Assembly: GCA_002269645.1 (NCBI GenBank)
Contig: NIVC01002449.1
Span: 1-64,000 of the forward strand
Length of the DNA stretch: 64,000 bases
Source of the DNA: Macrostomum lignano
Taxonomy: Eukaryota
Direction of reading: 5' to 3'
The notes below the pieces were generated by a model. That model made no database searches. It was not told the DNA's origin and worked only from the letters and a program-made list of their open reading frames with translations. The stretch's first letter is position 1. Each line of letters opens with the position of its first letter. The position numbers and the translations under genes are program-made. Positions 13,217 through 25,026 of this stretch are shown here, one piece after another.

Positions 13217-13476
13217 GGGCCTTTTCATATTGCTTGCTCTGGTTCCAGAACCAGAACCAATTTGTGAAGTATAACTTTTTGTCTCCATAACTAGAGGGAG
13301 ATACGTACTATAAAGTTTTTATTATTGAATGACAATCGCCAAGAAGAAAGTGAAAAATTGTGCTAAGTTAGGTTGTTAAGGCAGTCGAATATTAACAGAG
13401 TTTAATAGTTATACTGCTGTTTTTCTTGGAATTCCGAACCGATTCTGGTTCTGGAATTGGTAATATGAAAAGGCCC
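13217..13476. mobile_element. PIF/Harbinger-like MITE (260 bp) inserted in a Gypsy RT relic
   Basis: TIR gggccttttcatatt at 13217 and its reverse complement ending at 13476, plus a subterminal inverted ttccagaaccagaa. 3-bp direct flank CAG on both sides (13214-13216, 13477-13479). Confidence 0.65.
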
Positions 13477-13479
13477 CAG

Positions 13480-14040
13480 GATCTGGACGAACACCGTCGG
13501 ATGAAATCACGTGTGGCTGACATACTGAAGAAACACCAACTTTCAGTTTCTTGCGATTAAGTTTTAAATTCGACTGACGGGCTTCATTGAGCACCTTGAG
13601 TAGCTTCTGATCGTGCCATCAACTGACTTTCACGAGTGATCGCAAGCGTTCACACTGCAATCAACTGACATATACTGAGGAGAATGAGTGGGCGAACGCA
13701 AGTTTTCCAATTTTTTTCGCGAGTAATACTGTGCGCACATATCTCCAGCTGAGCCCAGATTCGTGCATCTTTTCAGCAAGTTTGAGAAAACTACTTTGTG
13801 CTTTGAATTCAATACCAGTGTACAGTCTGTATCAGAGTACAAAGGCCAGCGCTCTTATTGATATAACTGGCGCGAGCTAACAAAAAACCAAGCACCTACA
13901 CTTTTCCGATCGTCCTTTTTCCTGGTATTTCGATTGTCAATCAGGGTGCCGAAGGTCGTATATAAACAGGATTTTCTTGCACATTGTTTACCAGAGGTTC
14001 CAGCGGCAACCAACAGGCGCTGTTTTTTCACACTTGCCAT
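13480..14040 (-). mobile_element. Degenerate Ty3/Gypsy LTR-retrotransposon reverse-transcriptase fragment
   Basis: The minus strand encodes HDQKLLKVLNEARQSNLKLNRKKLKVGVSSVCQPHVISSDGVRPDP, matching the Gypsy RT C-terminal pattern (HD..L..VL.RL...LKLN..KC.F....V.YLGH.IS..G..PDP). A weaker upstream match is SCLYTTFGT. Frameshifted and stop-riddled. Confidence 0.6.
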
Positions 14041-14051
14041 TTCGCTTACGT

Positions 14052-14468
14052 CAGGGGGTCAGCAAACTTTTTTACCCCAAGGGCCAGAGCAGATAAAGAA
14101 CCTAGAGCATGACTGCGTCCGGAGGAATTGAAGGAGGAGATGAGAGAGGGATCATAAAAAAGAAGGAAGGGAGATGGGAGAAGGGAGAGGCGAGGGAATA
14201 AAGGAGCAAAGATGAGAGGAGAGGAGAGATGAATTAGGCTAGGAGAGTAGAAAAGAGAAGAGAGAGGGATCGAGTAGAGGAATAAAGAGAGAGGAGAGAA
14301 GAAGAGGGGAGAGAAGAAGAGTGGAGAGAAGAGAGAAGAGCACTGAGAAGAGACAAACATTGAGCGGGCCGAGTTACTATTGTGCAGTTTCAAAGGACCG
14401 CGAGGGCCGGATGAAGAGACTTTGCGGGCCGCATGTGGCCTGCGGGCCTGAGTTTGCCGCGACCCCTG
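14052..14468. mobile_element. hAT (Charlie/Tip100-like) non-autonomous element with internal GA-rich microsatellite
   Basis: Ends cagggggtcagcaaac ... gtttgccgcgacccctg, with the typical subterminal gcgggccgcatgtggcc. Purine-rich tract at ~14130-14350. The TSD is degenerate (gcttacgt/gctcatat). Confidence 0.65.
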
Positions 14469-14999
14469 GCTCATATGATGGAAAATAATAAAAATAGTTA
14501 ATAACCTGCTGGGGTGTGATGACCAATCAATTTTGAAGCGACAGTCAGACTAGACAGAGATTTGTTAAAATAGAGTGGCTTGAGTTGAATTTCGTGTGTT
14601 GCGCATTTTTGGGTGCTGTCTAAGAGGCAAGCTGTAGTTAGCTGCGATTTCAAGTGAACACAGAAAAATTATGAAATTCTGTGTGGTCAAACGAGTCATG
14701 TGATTTGGTCTTTCATTTGATTGCAATGTGAATGAGCCTTAAAGCGTGCTACCTTACCTGAATAATTTTACATTCTTTCTTATTTGGGCCCCCGAAGCTA
14801 GTGGAGACTAGATTGGTAGTAAGGTATCTAAAAAGTAAAAATAACTTAGGCCTCTCAGCTAGAACTAAAACTATAGTTTCCAAAGCTTTTTAAACTTAGC
14901 AGCCGCAGTGAGCAATTTATCTCTGCATGGCAACGTCCACTTTGTTTGAATCGGTAAAATGTTTGCGTAAAGCCAGTGGTGGAAATTCGAACGAAATAA

Positions 15000-15430
15000 T
15001 TTAGCGCAGATTGAAAAAAAGAAAAGAAAATCAGCAACATATTAAACTCTACAAAAACGCCTATCTCTACAAAAAAATCTGCAAGCCCGACCTGTCAAAT
15101 TACTTTCCATGCACATTTAGAAACAAAAAATTCTTAACAACTCTCCTAAAACTGAAATGCGAGATTACACCCAACTTTTTTTTCTCAAGAACCATGTAAA
15201 ATGTGTGGAGCGCGAATTGGTTCTGACATTCTACACTACTTGACCGAATGTCCACAAACTGAAGAGATCAGGAAAAAATACTTCTGCGATCAATACCTCT
15301 TAAATGGCAATCAAATACACAAGATAGGATATGCTACAAATGAAAAAAGAGTCAGAAAAGAACTCACTGGTGTAGCTAAAATATATGAAGTCATGAATAG
15401 CTAAAACAGTTAAACAAACTGAATCAGATA
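15000..15430 (+). mobile_element. 3' relic of a non-LTR retrotransposon ORF2 (C-terminal CCHC-type zinc knuckle)
   Basis: PCKMCGARIGSDILHYLTECPQTEEIRKKY fits CxxC..H....CP...R of LINE ORF2 C-termini. Frameshifted relative to the upstream segment. Confidence 0.45.
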
Positions 15431-16022
15431 CATTAGCAGTGTAATAAATCCGCTTTTCAGTTATTTATTCAAAAATAAGCGCTTTCAAAAATACTGCTAT
15501 TGTAATTACGGTTATATATGCTTAGATATATTGGCATAAAATAGTTATTTTTTTTCTTTATTTTTTTTCTCTTTTCGATTTTTCGTTCGAACTTTACTCG
15601 CAACTTATCGTAATCAAAGTAATCTCGCAATTAAAGCTAATACCTCGTAATTCGTACTCATTTTTGTATTAATATTTATACTCGATGTTAGTTGTTAGTC
15701 GTCACTTTTCGCCCAAAAATACCGTAAAAATTCTGGCGCGCTTTCAAATACTTTATCTTTTACAATAACTCGTCATGCAATCGTCGTCAACGTCAAATCG
15801 TCTTTAAACCTCTATTTCGAAAATTTTTCCAAATACACAGCTCTATAATATATTGGCCAAACAGGCTAATCGCCTGAGCCAACTTCTTACTACTAATTGA
15901 TTCCGCGGCCCTGCTGCAATTATTATCATCGACATCGATTATGAAGATTCTCCAGCACATTATGCACGTAATCGTTCCTAGTCATGCAAGATCGTTGTCT
16001 TAATTACCATGCACTAACCAAA

Positions 16023-16133
16023 GGGAGTCATTTCGTCATCCACCAGGCGCAATTGTGTTGGGAGTCATTTCGTCATTCACCAAGCGCAATTGTGTTGGGA
16101 GTCATTTCGTCATCTACCAAGCGCAATTGTGTT
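16023..16133. repeat. 3 x 37-bp tandem repeat (gggagtcatttcgtcatccaccaggcgcaattgtgtt)
   Basis: Three adjacent near-identical copies seen directly. Confidence 0.85.
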
Positions 16134-17456
16134 TATTCTAAGTGAAATTTAGTATATAGGCCTATATGTTAGGCCTATGTCAATAGGCCTATCTCCATCA
16201 GGCTATAAAATATAGACAAAAGTTGCTTAGAATTAGTTTTTATAGGCCCCTATCATCATCTGTAATTTTATTTTAATATCTAGAAAGTCTAGAAGACTTG
16301 GCATCAATTTATTGGATCAAAATTTCAGTTTAACTTTGTGCCATGTGTTCATATTTGTAGGCCTAACTAGTACGTAGGCCTAACCTTTGTACATTTGTAA
16401 TTTTGTACCTTTTGGCCAGGAGGCATTGCAGCTATCCTGCAGAATCATTTGTTAAACTCAATCTATATGCACATTTTTAGCTATTGACATGAAATTTTCG
16501 AAATTATAGCATTGCATTTACATTGTCATCAATCAATTTTTTTATCACTTGGTATCAAAGACCTACTTAGTAGGCCTATGAAATTTTGGCACTTATGGCA
16601 ATAGGCATAGACCTATGGTTTGCTTTAAAGTATTTGTAATTTTGGTATCCTAAGACTATGTATAGGTGCCACTAATATCAAATTTGTTAATAGGCCTTCT
16701 CCTTATCTAGGCCTAATTCAACAACTCAAAGCAGATCAAAGCATGCCCAGTTGATAAAATGAAACAACTTTTGAATTATAGTTATTCAAAGCCAAATGCA
16801 TATAGGCCTAGGGCCTAAAGCATTTAGCATTTGTTCAAAATTTTATTAATAGGCACCTAGTTTATTGGCCTATGGCTAATATTAAATATTTATTTCTTTA
16901 TCATTGTCTAGGCTTATTGTTCTTTTTAAAATATCTCTTCTTTGTTATAGGGGCCTAATTGATAAGATAAAAGAATTTATAAGAGAATGAAATATGATTT
17001 TTTTATTTATTTCTAATTATATTAGGCCTAGCCTACTTCTCAAAAGATAAAAATTAATCAAGTAAAAAGTTAGGTCTATTAGAAATACTATAAAAGACAA
17101 ATAATCATAATGACTAGGCTAATAAATAAAATACATTAAAAAATGTTGAAAATTAAGGAGACAAAAGGATTTATAACTTTTTTTTTAATTCACTAATTTA
17201 AAAAAAAAGTTTTTACTCAGGCCCAAAAAATAAAAATTTTCAAATAAAATAAAAAATATTAAAAAACATTTTTCAAAATCTCATTGTAGTCTTTATGTTA
17301 AAGCACAACTTAAGAAAGTATTAAAATCATCAATGTTAGGCAAGTTTCAGCTTGAAAAGTAAGTAACTCATAGTTAAATAACTTTCAATTCCAAAGAAAA
17401 TAACTTTTGGCACTTGTTCTGGTGCTGGTACCTTTAAAACAAAGAGTAGTAGTATA

Positions 17457-18768
17457 TTAGTGATGGATCAAAATTATTTTTCAAATCAAAATTGAAATTG
17501 AAATTTTCGGTTCCTTAAAATCAAAATCAAAATCAAAATTTTTTGAGCTTAACAAATTTTTACTTTTTCGCTAATCATGCAAAAAAGTTAACACATTGCC
17601 TCTGCATGTATGAGCTTACATGTTTTATAAAAAGTATCTTTGATATGTGTAATCCAGAATACTTAAGATTTAACTTACTTTAAAAATACAAAATAGAAAA
17701 TGCTGGTATAATATGTTATATACTCATACATAAAATATAGTAGAAGTTGTATTATATTTCACCACTGTTTTAGCTGAAGATCTAGATACAAGTAGCCTAT
17801 ATCAATTTCATTAAGGCTTTAAGTCTTTAGCCAATTAAAATCTATGCCGATGAGTTCAGCCAGTGGGCTTGTAGAGGTTGAGGTGGGTGCAGCACAAGGC
17901 CTAGAACAGTGTATGCCCCGCACAATCTTTTCTTGTAGAAAAGGCAATTCTCACCTCCCCACTGAGTCTTTGAACCGCGCTTCCTTTTATTTCCTATAGA
18001 TTTTCTTACTCGTGTAGCATGATCATCAATGTCTAAATTGTTAAAATATTAACCAAAATTTCAAAATGATTTTCGATGAATGGTGTCGAAATTTGAAATT
18101 GAAATTGAAATTATTTCGATGCAAAATTAGTTTCAAAATTCGGAATATCAAAATCGAAATCGAACTTGAATAACTATGACACCTTTCAGTGACATAAATG
18201 TTGCATCATCTAATTAGTTATCATATTAGTGCTGTAAATTAATTTACTTACAAGATTCAATCTATCTTGGGCTTATACTATATCTATCTAGTATCTGAAT
18301 TGAATGGAACTTAATTCTTATATATCTTATCTAACTAATTCCAATTACTAATACTAACTGACATTACATTTGTGCAATTTGATAACTTTACTGTGTTTGT
18401 GTATAGTGCATGTAAAGTCCGTTGCATTTGCATTTAAAAAAACAAAGTAATGATTACACTTAAACAATGATTGCCTAAAAATGTTTCTGCAACTTAAGTT
18501 TAAATGACTCAAAGGTCCTGAAGTACTTAATTACACTTTAAAAATATATTTTATTCCAAGAATAGACAATTGTCAAAACAAACAATATGACATTGAATTT
18601 TGTGTTTTCATTTTTTAATTTACTTTTTTTTCAAAAGTTTTATTTCTTTATGTTATATGTTTGCAAATCAAAATGTTTGCATAATTTTGTTTTTTATTTT
18701 TTCATATTCAGAAGGATTTCTAAAAAAGTGAGACTTTTTCGGATTTAGATATTCTGATCTATCACTAA
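17457..18768. mobile_element. Possible old non-autonomous DNA transposon (~1.3 kb)
   Basis: Inverted ends ttagtgatggatc / gatctatcactaa (12/13) and internal (gaaatt/caaaat)n subrepeats. No matching TSD found. Confidence 0.3.
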
Positions 18769-19592
18769 TTTTGACTCTTTACAAATATAAACTATAAACA
18801 GAGCTAGATAATTTTTGACCAATAAATGTGTCATAATCAGTAATAATATTTCAGCTGACTTTAAGGTTGTATGATTCATTCTTGTTGCTTTAGTCTGTTC
18901 TAGTTTTATATAATAATAGGATAGCTTTACTATACTGTAAGTATAGTTTTATATTGCTAACTTATTTAGAATCAATGATAACCTTCTGGCAGCCTTAAAA
19001 AACCTTAAAAAAACAAGAAAAAATGATCTAGGACAAAAATGGCTGCAATTTGATAGATAGACCATAGTTTACAAGACATCAATTAATTTGATTTGTGTCA
19101 TTGCTATACAATAAAAAATATAATTAGCCATAAAAGAGTTAAATTATTCTTAGTCATTCTGTTAACTTGTTTAAATAGTTACCAATAATTCTTTCATTCT
19201 ATTAAAATATGATTCTATGATACCTAAAATGTGCTCTGACTTAAAAAGACCTCATGATCTAGAGTATATCTTTTTACCTTTGTATTACTATATTTTGGTA
19301 AAAGTTTTGCACTTTTGGGAAATATTTAGTACAAGCAGTTTAGCACCTAAATTTTCATTTTCAAGTACTAGAACTAGAAGTACTGGACTTTTCAAAAAGT
19401 AACTTCCAATACCAAAAGTGCGAGAAGTGTGGGAACTGTGCCCAACACTAGAAATTGTAATTTTTTTTTCAATTGCATATGCAAGCATACATGTGCAATT
19501 ACATGTTTGCTAATATTTAAAGTATAATTAGACTTGGTAAGGCTGTAGCATATCTTCAATAAGATAATTCAACATATTAAACAAATTTTCAG

Positions 19593-21663
19593 GAGAACTC
19601 CACTGTTAGTGTAAGAGTTGCTCGTGGTCTGAATGGGCATTTAGAAGGTCTACTAGATGAGACTGATTGGTCTGGAGAATTCTGCTTTGTACAAGCAGCT
19701 GATACTCAGTTTGGACTTATTAGCCGGTATGTTTTTATTTTATTCTTTTAATAAATGTACTTTTCAAACTAATGAATTTAAGCTTATAAACTCCATAATT
19801 ATATACTGTTGTGTCAGGAATAAAATAAAAAACCACCAATAGAGCAAGGTCTCAAAGCCTGCTCAAGGTCTGTCTTTTCTCAGCTGTCTTCTTTCTTCTC
19901 TTTTTTTCTTCTCCTCTCCTCTCCTTTCTCCCTATCTCTCTTCTCCATCTGGCAATGGAGGTAAAAAAATTCACTATAGTTCACTATTATTAATTATCTA
20001 CATATAATATTCTTCTATTTCTACTGTGACAAGTATAGCATATAGGATTTAATATAGTTAAATTTTTCTTGAAGTTCAGACTGTCAGTTTATTTTCCACT
20101 ATAATAATGCCTACTAAAAATACAAGTAATATTCTACTAGTCTACTTCAAGTAAACGGCGATGCAAATTCGCGCAGAAAAACAAGCTGATTAGTAATAAT
20201 TCTTAACCAATATCAATGACAGCTACATCGACAAGGCGGATCCTCAGCCAGCGGATTCGCCAACCAATCGCGATGCGGACATTGCCAAGGAGGTGCACTT
20301 AACTCGCCGACTTGTCAGCGAAGTGAACGCAATTTCGCCGGCGCCTCGTTTTCTCATCGTCTGCGGCGATATGATCGACGCATTTCCTGTTGCCGTTAGA
20401 GACGAAAATGGCGAACAGAGGCGCGAGCGGGAACAGAGGCGACAGCGTCAGCTGCGAGCGTTTGCTGACTGTTTTAGACAGTTGCGATCTGATGTTCCTT
20501 TGGTGTGCGTCTGCGGCAATCACGATATTGGCGATGCGCCCACGCCTGAATCTGTGAGCAGCTCTTCGTGTCTTGAGGACCTTTGGAATGAGAGATCCCC
20601 AGTTGCTGGAGCAGCCTCTAAGATCCACAGTTGCTGGGCCAGGCTTCCAGAGTGTCAGTTGCTGGGCCAGCCTCCCAGATATTCAGTTGCTGGGCCAGCC
20701 TCCCAAATCCTCAATTGCTGGGCCAGCCTCTCAAATCCTTAGTTGCTGGGCCAGCCTCCAAGCTCCTCAGTTGCTGGGCCAGCCTCCCAGATCCTCACTT
20801 TCTGGACCAGCCTCCCAGATCCTCAGTTGCTGGGCCAGCCTCCCAGATCCTCAGTTGCTGGGGCAGCCTCCCAGATCCTCAGTTGCTGGGGCAGCCTCCC
20901 AGATCCTCAGTTGCTGGGGCAGCCTCCCAGATCCTCAGTTGCTGGGCCAGCCAGGCCCAGCCTCCTAGAGTGTCAGTTGCTGGGCCAGCCTCCCAGATCC
21001 TCAGTTTCTGGGCCAGCCTCCCAGATCCTCAGTTGCTGGGCCAGCCTCCCAGATCCTCAGTTTCTGGGCCAGCCTCCCAGATCCCCAGTTGCTGGGCCAG
21101 CCTCGGGTTATCATAAAAAAACTCCAAAAACTCCGCCACAGGTGGGCATCTACCGTCAGACCTGGGGCGACGACTACTTCGAGTTCTGGATCGGTGGCTG
21201 CCAGATGCTGGTAGTGAATTCTCAGTATTACGTCAACAGCAGCCAAGTACCGGAGGAGAAGTCCGCAATGACTCGCTGGCTGATGACACGCCTCAGCCAA
21301 AGCAAACCGACGCATCGCATTTTATTCATGCACGTGCCGCCGTTCCTTACTGACGCCCACTCGGATGCCGACAGCTACTTCACTTTGCCCAAAGCTGACC
21401 GTCTGCCACTGCTGGACGCCTGCCTTGAGGCCGGAGTGTCGGCCATATTCTGCGGTCACTATCATCGTAATGCTGGCGGAGTCTATCGGGATAAACTACC
21501 GGTTGTTGTCACTTCGGCTGTTGGCGCTCAGATTGGCAACGATCGTCATGGCTATCGTTTAGTAAACGTTGCTAAGGACGCTGTTCGGCATAGTTACGTT
21601 GATTTGGCGTGCGAACCGGTTAATCTAACAAATGGCGCGGATGGTTGCAAGGCGTGCCAGTGA
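19593..21663 (+). CDS. CPPED1: Calcineurin-like metallophosphoesterase CPPED1; exons 19593-19726, 20223-20553, 21142-21663 (~328 aa plus a missing start Met)
   Basis: Motifs AADTQFGL, LIVCGDMI, VCGNHDIG, TWGDDYF, FMHVPPF, FCGHYHRNAGG and SAVGAQIG match CPPED1. GT-AG sites with consistent phases (2, 0). Confidence 0.92.
20600..21105 (+). repeat. 28-bp minisatellite (cagttgctgggccagcctcccagatcct) in CPPED1 intron 2
   Basis: Tandem copies seen directly. The same family recurs at three other loci in the window. Confidence 0.95.
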
Positions 21664-21814
21664 TTTGAGTTAAGGAATATTTTTTACGGTAGCTATCGAT
21701 TTTGAAAATTGATTTTTTTGAGAGCGTTTCGAAATAAATGTAGTGGAGGCTTAGAACTCTGAGTGGACATAGAAATCTTGCTTTTGTTGTCAAGATCTAG
21801 AACTGGATACTATG

Positions 21815-22380
21815 GTTGCCAAGGAGATCTAAAACTAAATAACTTGGTTGCCAAGGAGATCTTGAACTGGATGTTATGGTTGCCAAGGAGATCTTGAGCT
21901 GGATGCTATGGTTGCCAAGAAGATCTTGAACTGGATGCTATGGTTGCCAAGGAGATCTAGAACTGGATGCTATGGTTGCCAAGGAGATCTTGAACTGGAT
22001 GCTATGGTTGCCAAGGAGATCTAGAACTGGATGCTATGGTTGCTAAGGAGATCTAGAACTGGATGCTATGGTTGCTAAGGAGATCTAGAACTGGATGCTA
22101 TGGTTGCCAAGGAGATCTTGAACTGGATGCTATGGTTGCCAAGGAGATCTTGAACTGGATGCTATGGTTGCCAAGGAGATCTAGAACTGGATGCTATGGT
22201 TGCCAAGGAGATCTTGAACTGGATGCTATGGTTGCCGAGGAGATCTAGAACTGGATGCTATGGTTGCTAAGGAGATCTTGAACCGGATGCTATGGTTGCC
22301 AAGGAGATCTAGAACTGGATGCTATGGTTGCTAAGGAGATCTTGAACCGGATGCTATGGTTGCCAAGTAGATCTCTAAAA
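21815..22380. repeat. 32-bp minisatellite (gaactggatgctatggttgccaaggagatct[t/a]), ~17 copies, between convergent 3' ends
   Basis: Period of 32 bp (e.g. ggatgctatg at 21901 and 21933). Confidence 0.95.
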
Positions 22381-22897
22381 CTGAATACTGTGGTTGTCAA
22401 AACCATTTCGAAATATAAATTGGTAGTGAAGAAGCTCCTTGTAGCCTGTGAAATTTGCACTAATAGGACTAAAAAATTGGCAGCCAAGTTCGTCCAGGTC
22501 ACGTAAGGTCTAGATTTTGTATCGAAGAATTTTTCTTCAATTTTTACTTTTGAAAACTAGTTTTCTTCGTTCCTGGTTTCTCGTATGGGTTAGTGTTTTA
22601 ACTAGCACCTGTGCCTATTTAGAAAAGAAATAGTTTTATTCCAGATTATGTTCAAAACAAATTGAATCAATAATGTTCGATTGCTTCGTATATATTCGCT
22701 ACCGCACATTGTGTATTTATGCATTCAATCAAATTTATCGTTGCCAAAAAAGTAAATTGTGTCGAGTAATTGATTTCAATATTTGTGATTTTTCTATTAG
22801 TAAATTTGTTTTTTAATTCATTGATATTTGCTGGATTGTAGGAGACAATAGGAAACAGTTTGTTTTTATGAAAAATCACAGCGGTCAAAAAAGTTTA

Positions 22898-24079
22898 TTA
22901 TTGATTGCTCCCAGCTTCCATTAGCTTCATCCTGGCCAAGGCCAGCGCGCATTTGTCCTCCTTGTCCATCCGGTGAAACGCGTCGTTGCCTAAAATTTTT
23001 TCAACGCTCCATTTTGTTAGACGATTTAGGCAGACGGATTCCAGCTGTTGGCAATTGTAAGTTCTGGCTAGCGCGTAGCCTTCCATTGGGCAGGGTAGGT
23101 CAGATTCCACTGTGCCAGCATCGCAACTGTAATGCTGATGATGCTGGGCGTAGGAGCTGACAATAAGTTCCTCGGCCGTCTCCTTGATATGATCAATCTG
23201 GTATTCATCAGCTAGAACTAGTATGGCCGGGGCCAGGCGTAAACTCAATCTGCGAGGCGTTGCCGGCTGCAATAGTAACAGTAGTTCTTCAATTTCAATG
23301 GCTGATTTACCTGGCAGCCTAATTAGACGTTTAGAATATGATTGAGTCTCGTCTTGCTCCTTAGTAACTGTCACTAGGCTTGCCTGGCTAATTATTTTAG
23401 CGAATACTGGTGAAGCCATCGTTAACAGATCGCAGAACGTGTGAAATCGTTTGCCTTCGACTTCGACTATTAGGTTACTGTCGGGATTATGTCCAGTCTC
23501 GGACAGGTCCGTTAACCGGACAGTCTTCTTCGGACTGGCCCCCAGAGGACAAGTTTGAGTAGACCTACTAGAGTAGTGCAGATTCTCCGGCGGAAACCAA
23601 TCGCTGTGTACAATGTCGAAGTCTACCAAGATTCGATAGCGATCCTTATAGTTGGCATCGTGTCGCACAAGATCCTTGCGTACCCAGAATAGTGTCGCTT
23701 CAAATTTATTAGTCCAGATGCTCAGCTTAGATTGGAATGCTAATTCTTTCCAAGCGTTCTCTTTGCATAGGTATTTACAGCGCAACAGCAGGTGGCACAC
23801 TCGCAATGGAAATACTGTTTTAATTCTTAAATAGAAGAGTCTCCTCTGGCCTTCTAATAGACAGTGCATCGAGCAGACCAGATTCTCAGCGGCGGATTTT
23901 AGCTCGCGAGTTTCCAAATCCTCAGACAATGGCAAATTCAAAGAGAAATCAATTAGGCGCTTTGCTGTGCACCAGCTTCCATTGTCAGGTACGTAGAACT
24001 GCGCCTGTAATGGGTGTAGGAATGCTGTTGACAAGCGACTCTCTTCGTGCTGTCTTTTGCTCGCCTTCGCGTCCTGCAT
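22898..24079 (-). CDS. BTB/POZ-domain protein, probably MATH-BTB type, 393 aa, apparently intronless
   Basis: Uninterrupted 393-aa ORF with BTB signature DSNLIVEVEGKRFHTFCDLLTMASPVFAKII...IRLPGKSAIEIEELL...ILVLADEYQIDHIKETAEELI. The N-terminal half ends in a MATH-like strand (..YKDRYRILVDFDIV). Confidence 0.85.
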   Translation of the reverse strand: MQDAKASKRQHEESRLSTAFLHPLQAQFYVPDNGSWCTAKRLIDFSLNLPLSEDLETRELKSAAENLVCSMHCLLEGQRRLFYLRIKTVFPLRVCHLLLRCKYLCKENAWKELAFQSKLSIWTNKFEATLFWVRKDLVRHDANYKDRYRILVDFDIVHSDWFPPENLHYSSRSTQTCPLGASPKKTVRLTDLSETGHNPDSNLIVEVEGKRFHTFCDLLTMASPVFAKIISQASLVTVTKEQDETQSYSKRLIRLPGKSAIEIEELLLLLQPATPRRLSLRLAPAILVLADEYQIDHIKETAEELIVSSYAQHHQHYSCDAGTVESDLPCPMEGYALARTYNCQQLESVCLNRLTKWSVEKILGNDAFHRMDKEDKCALALARMKLMEAGSNQ

Positions 24080-24639
24080 ACTTGGTGTTGGATGTTATAC
24101 ACTGTCCCCGTGGTTTGCTTTGCTAAGCTTGAATGGGCTTATATAGTTGTAGCTAGGGGTGCCTATTCCTGCTCGCCATTGATCAGTCATCATCATTCCC
24201 TATTCAAAACCGAGCCATTCACAGCTGGATGCTCAATCTTCTGGGGTTAATTAGTTTACTCCTCTTCCCCCTTTCCCTTCCTCTATACTACCGCTTCGTT
24301 GCTCCACGCGACTAATTATATTTTTTAATCCAATCCGGAACGCAAGAGAGAGGATCACGCGTTCCGACGTTGTTACTGAGGATTCTCGGCTGAATAGTCG
24401 CCTAGTATGCTAATTAAATCATAAAAAGCTCCTATACCAAAAAAACAACTTTGATCTGAATAGTCACGAAAGCGCGGCGCGATGGTAGTCAATTTTTGTA
24501 TCAAATATATGTATATTTACGAGTTATGTTGCCTAATTGAGTCAAGGCCGTTTATCAAAGCATAAATTCATGCTTACGTCGTATGTTAAGCAGAATTCGA
24601 AGCGGTTAGTACCCAACTAATTAGTCTCAGCTCCGGTTT

Positions 24640-24890
24640 ACACTGGTGATGGGATAACTCCGTACGACCAATATCTCAAAATCTTTTGTCAAATTAAGCT
24701 GACACACTCGCCCGTGAAGGTTGTCTTGTGATGCACGACCGCCCTCCCCAAGGCACTGTACTCAAGGTCTGTACATGCCTAATGATTATAAAGTCTAAAA
24801 GACCTACTTAGAGTATCCGGGCGCTGGAACGTGCTCAAGAGTCGGACGATTTCGTCAAAAGCTTTGCGTCAGGGTGCCCACAATCCCCTT
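24640..24890 (+). mobile_element. Degenerate SINE-like repeat related to the element at 62552-62900
   Basis: Shared blocks: tgtacatgcctaatgattataaagtc vs tgtacatgcccaacgatttataaagtc, and gtcagggtgcccaca vs gtcagggtgcacaca. Confidence 0.45.
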
Positions 24891-25026
24891 GCCAGTATAT
24901 TATCTTTGTTTTTGTTATGATTTCAACTACTGACAGTAAGTAGTATGCATTCCGATAACAATTTATGTCGGTGCAATAGTCGGCTAAGTCAATTAAATCA
25001 ATAAAGAACCAGTTTATCTGCTGTCC

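Noticed and set aside
14046-14474. 142-aa minus-strand hydrophobic (F/S/L/P-rich) ORF
   Set aside because: An artefact of the GA/TC microsatellite inside a hAT MITE.
20573-21116. LLGQPPRSSVAGPASQILSCWASLPDPQ-type ORFs (also 29480-30216, 31233-31815, 32768-33158)
   Set aside because: Translations of a 28-bp (non-triplet) minisatellite. The CPPED1 and SRR1 exons splice cleanly around the two intronic arrays; the other two arrays are intergenic.
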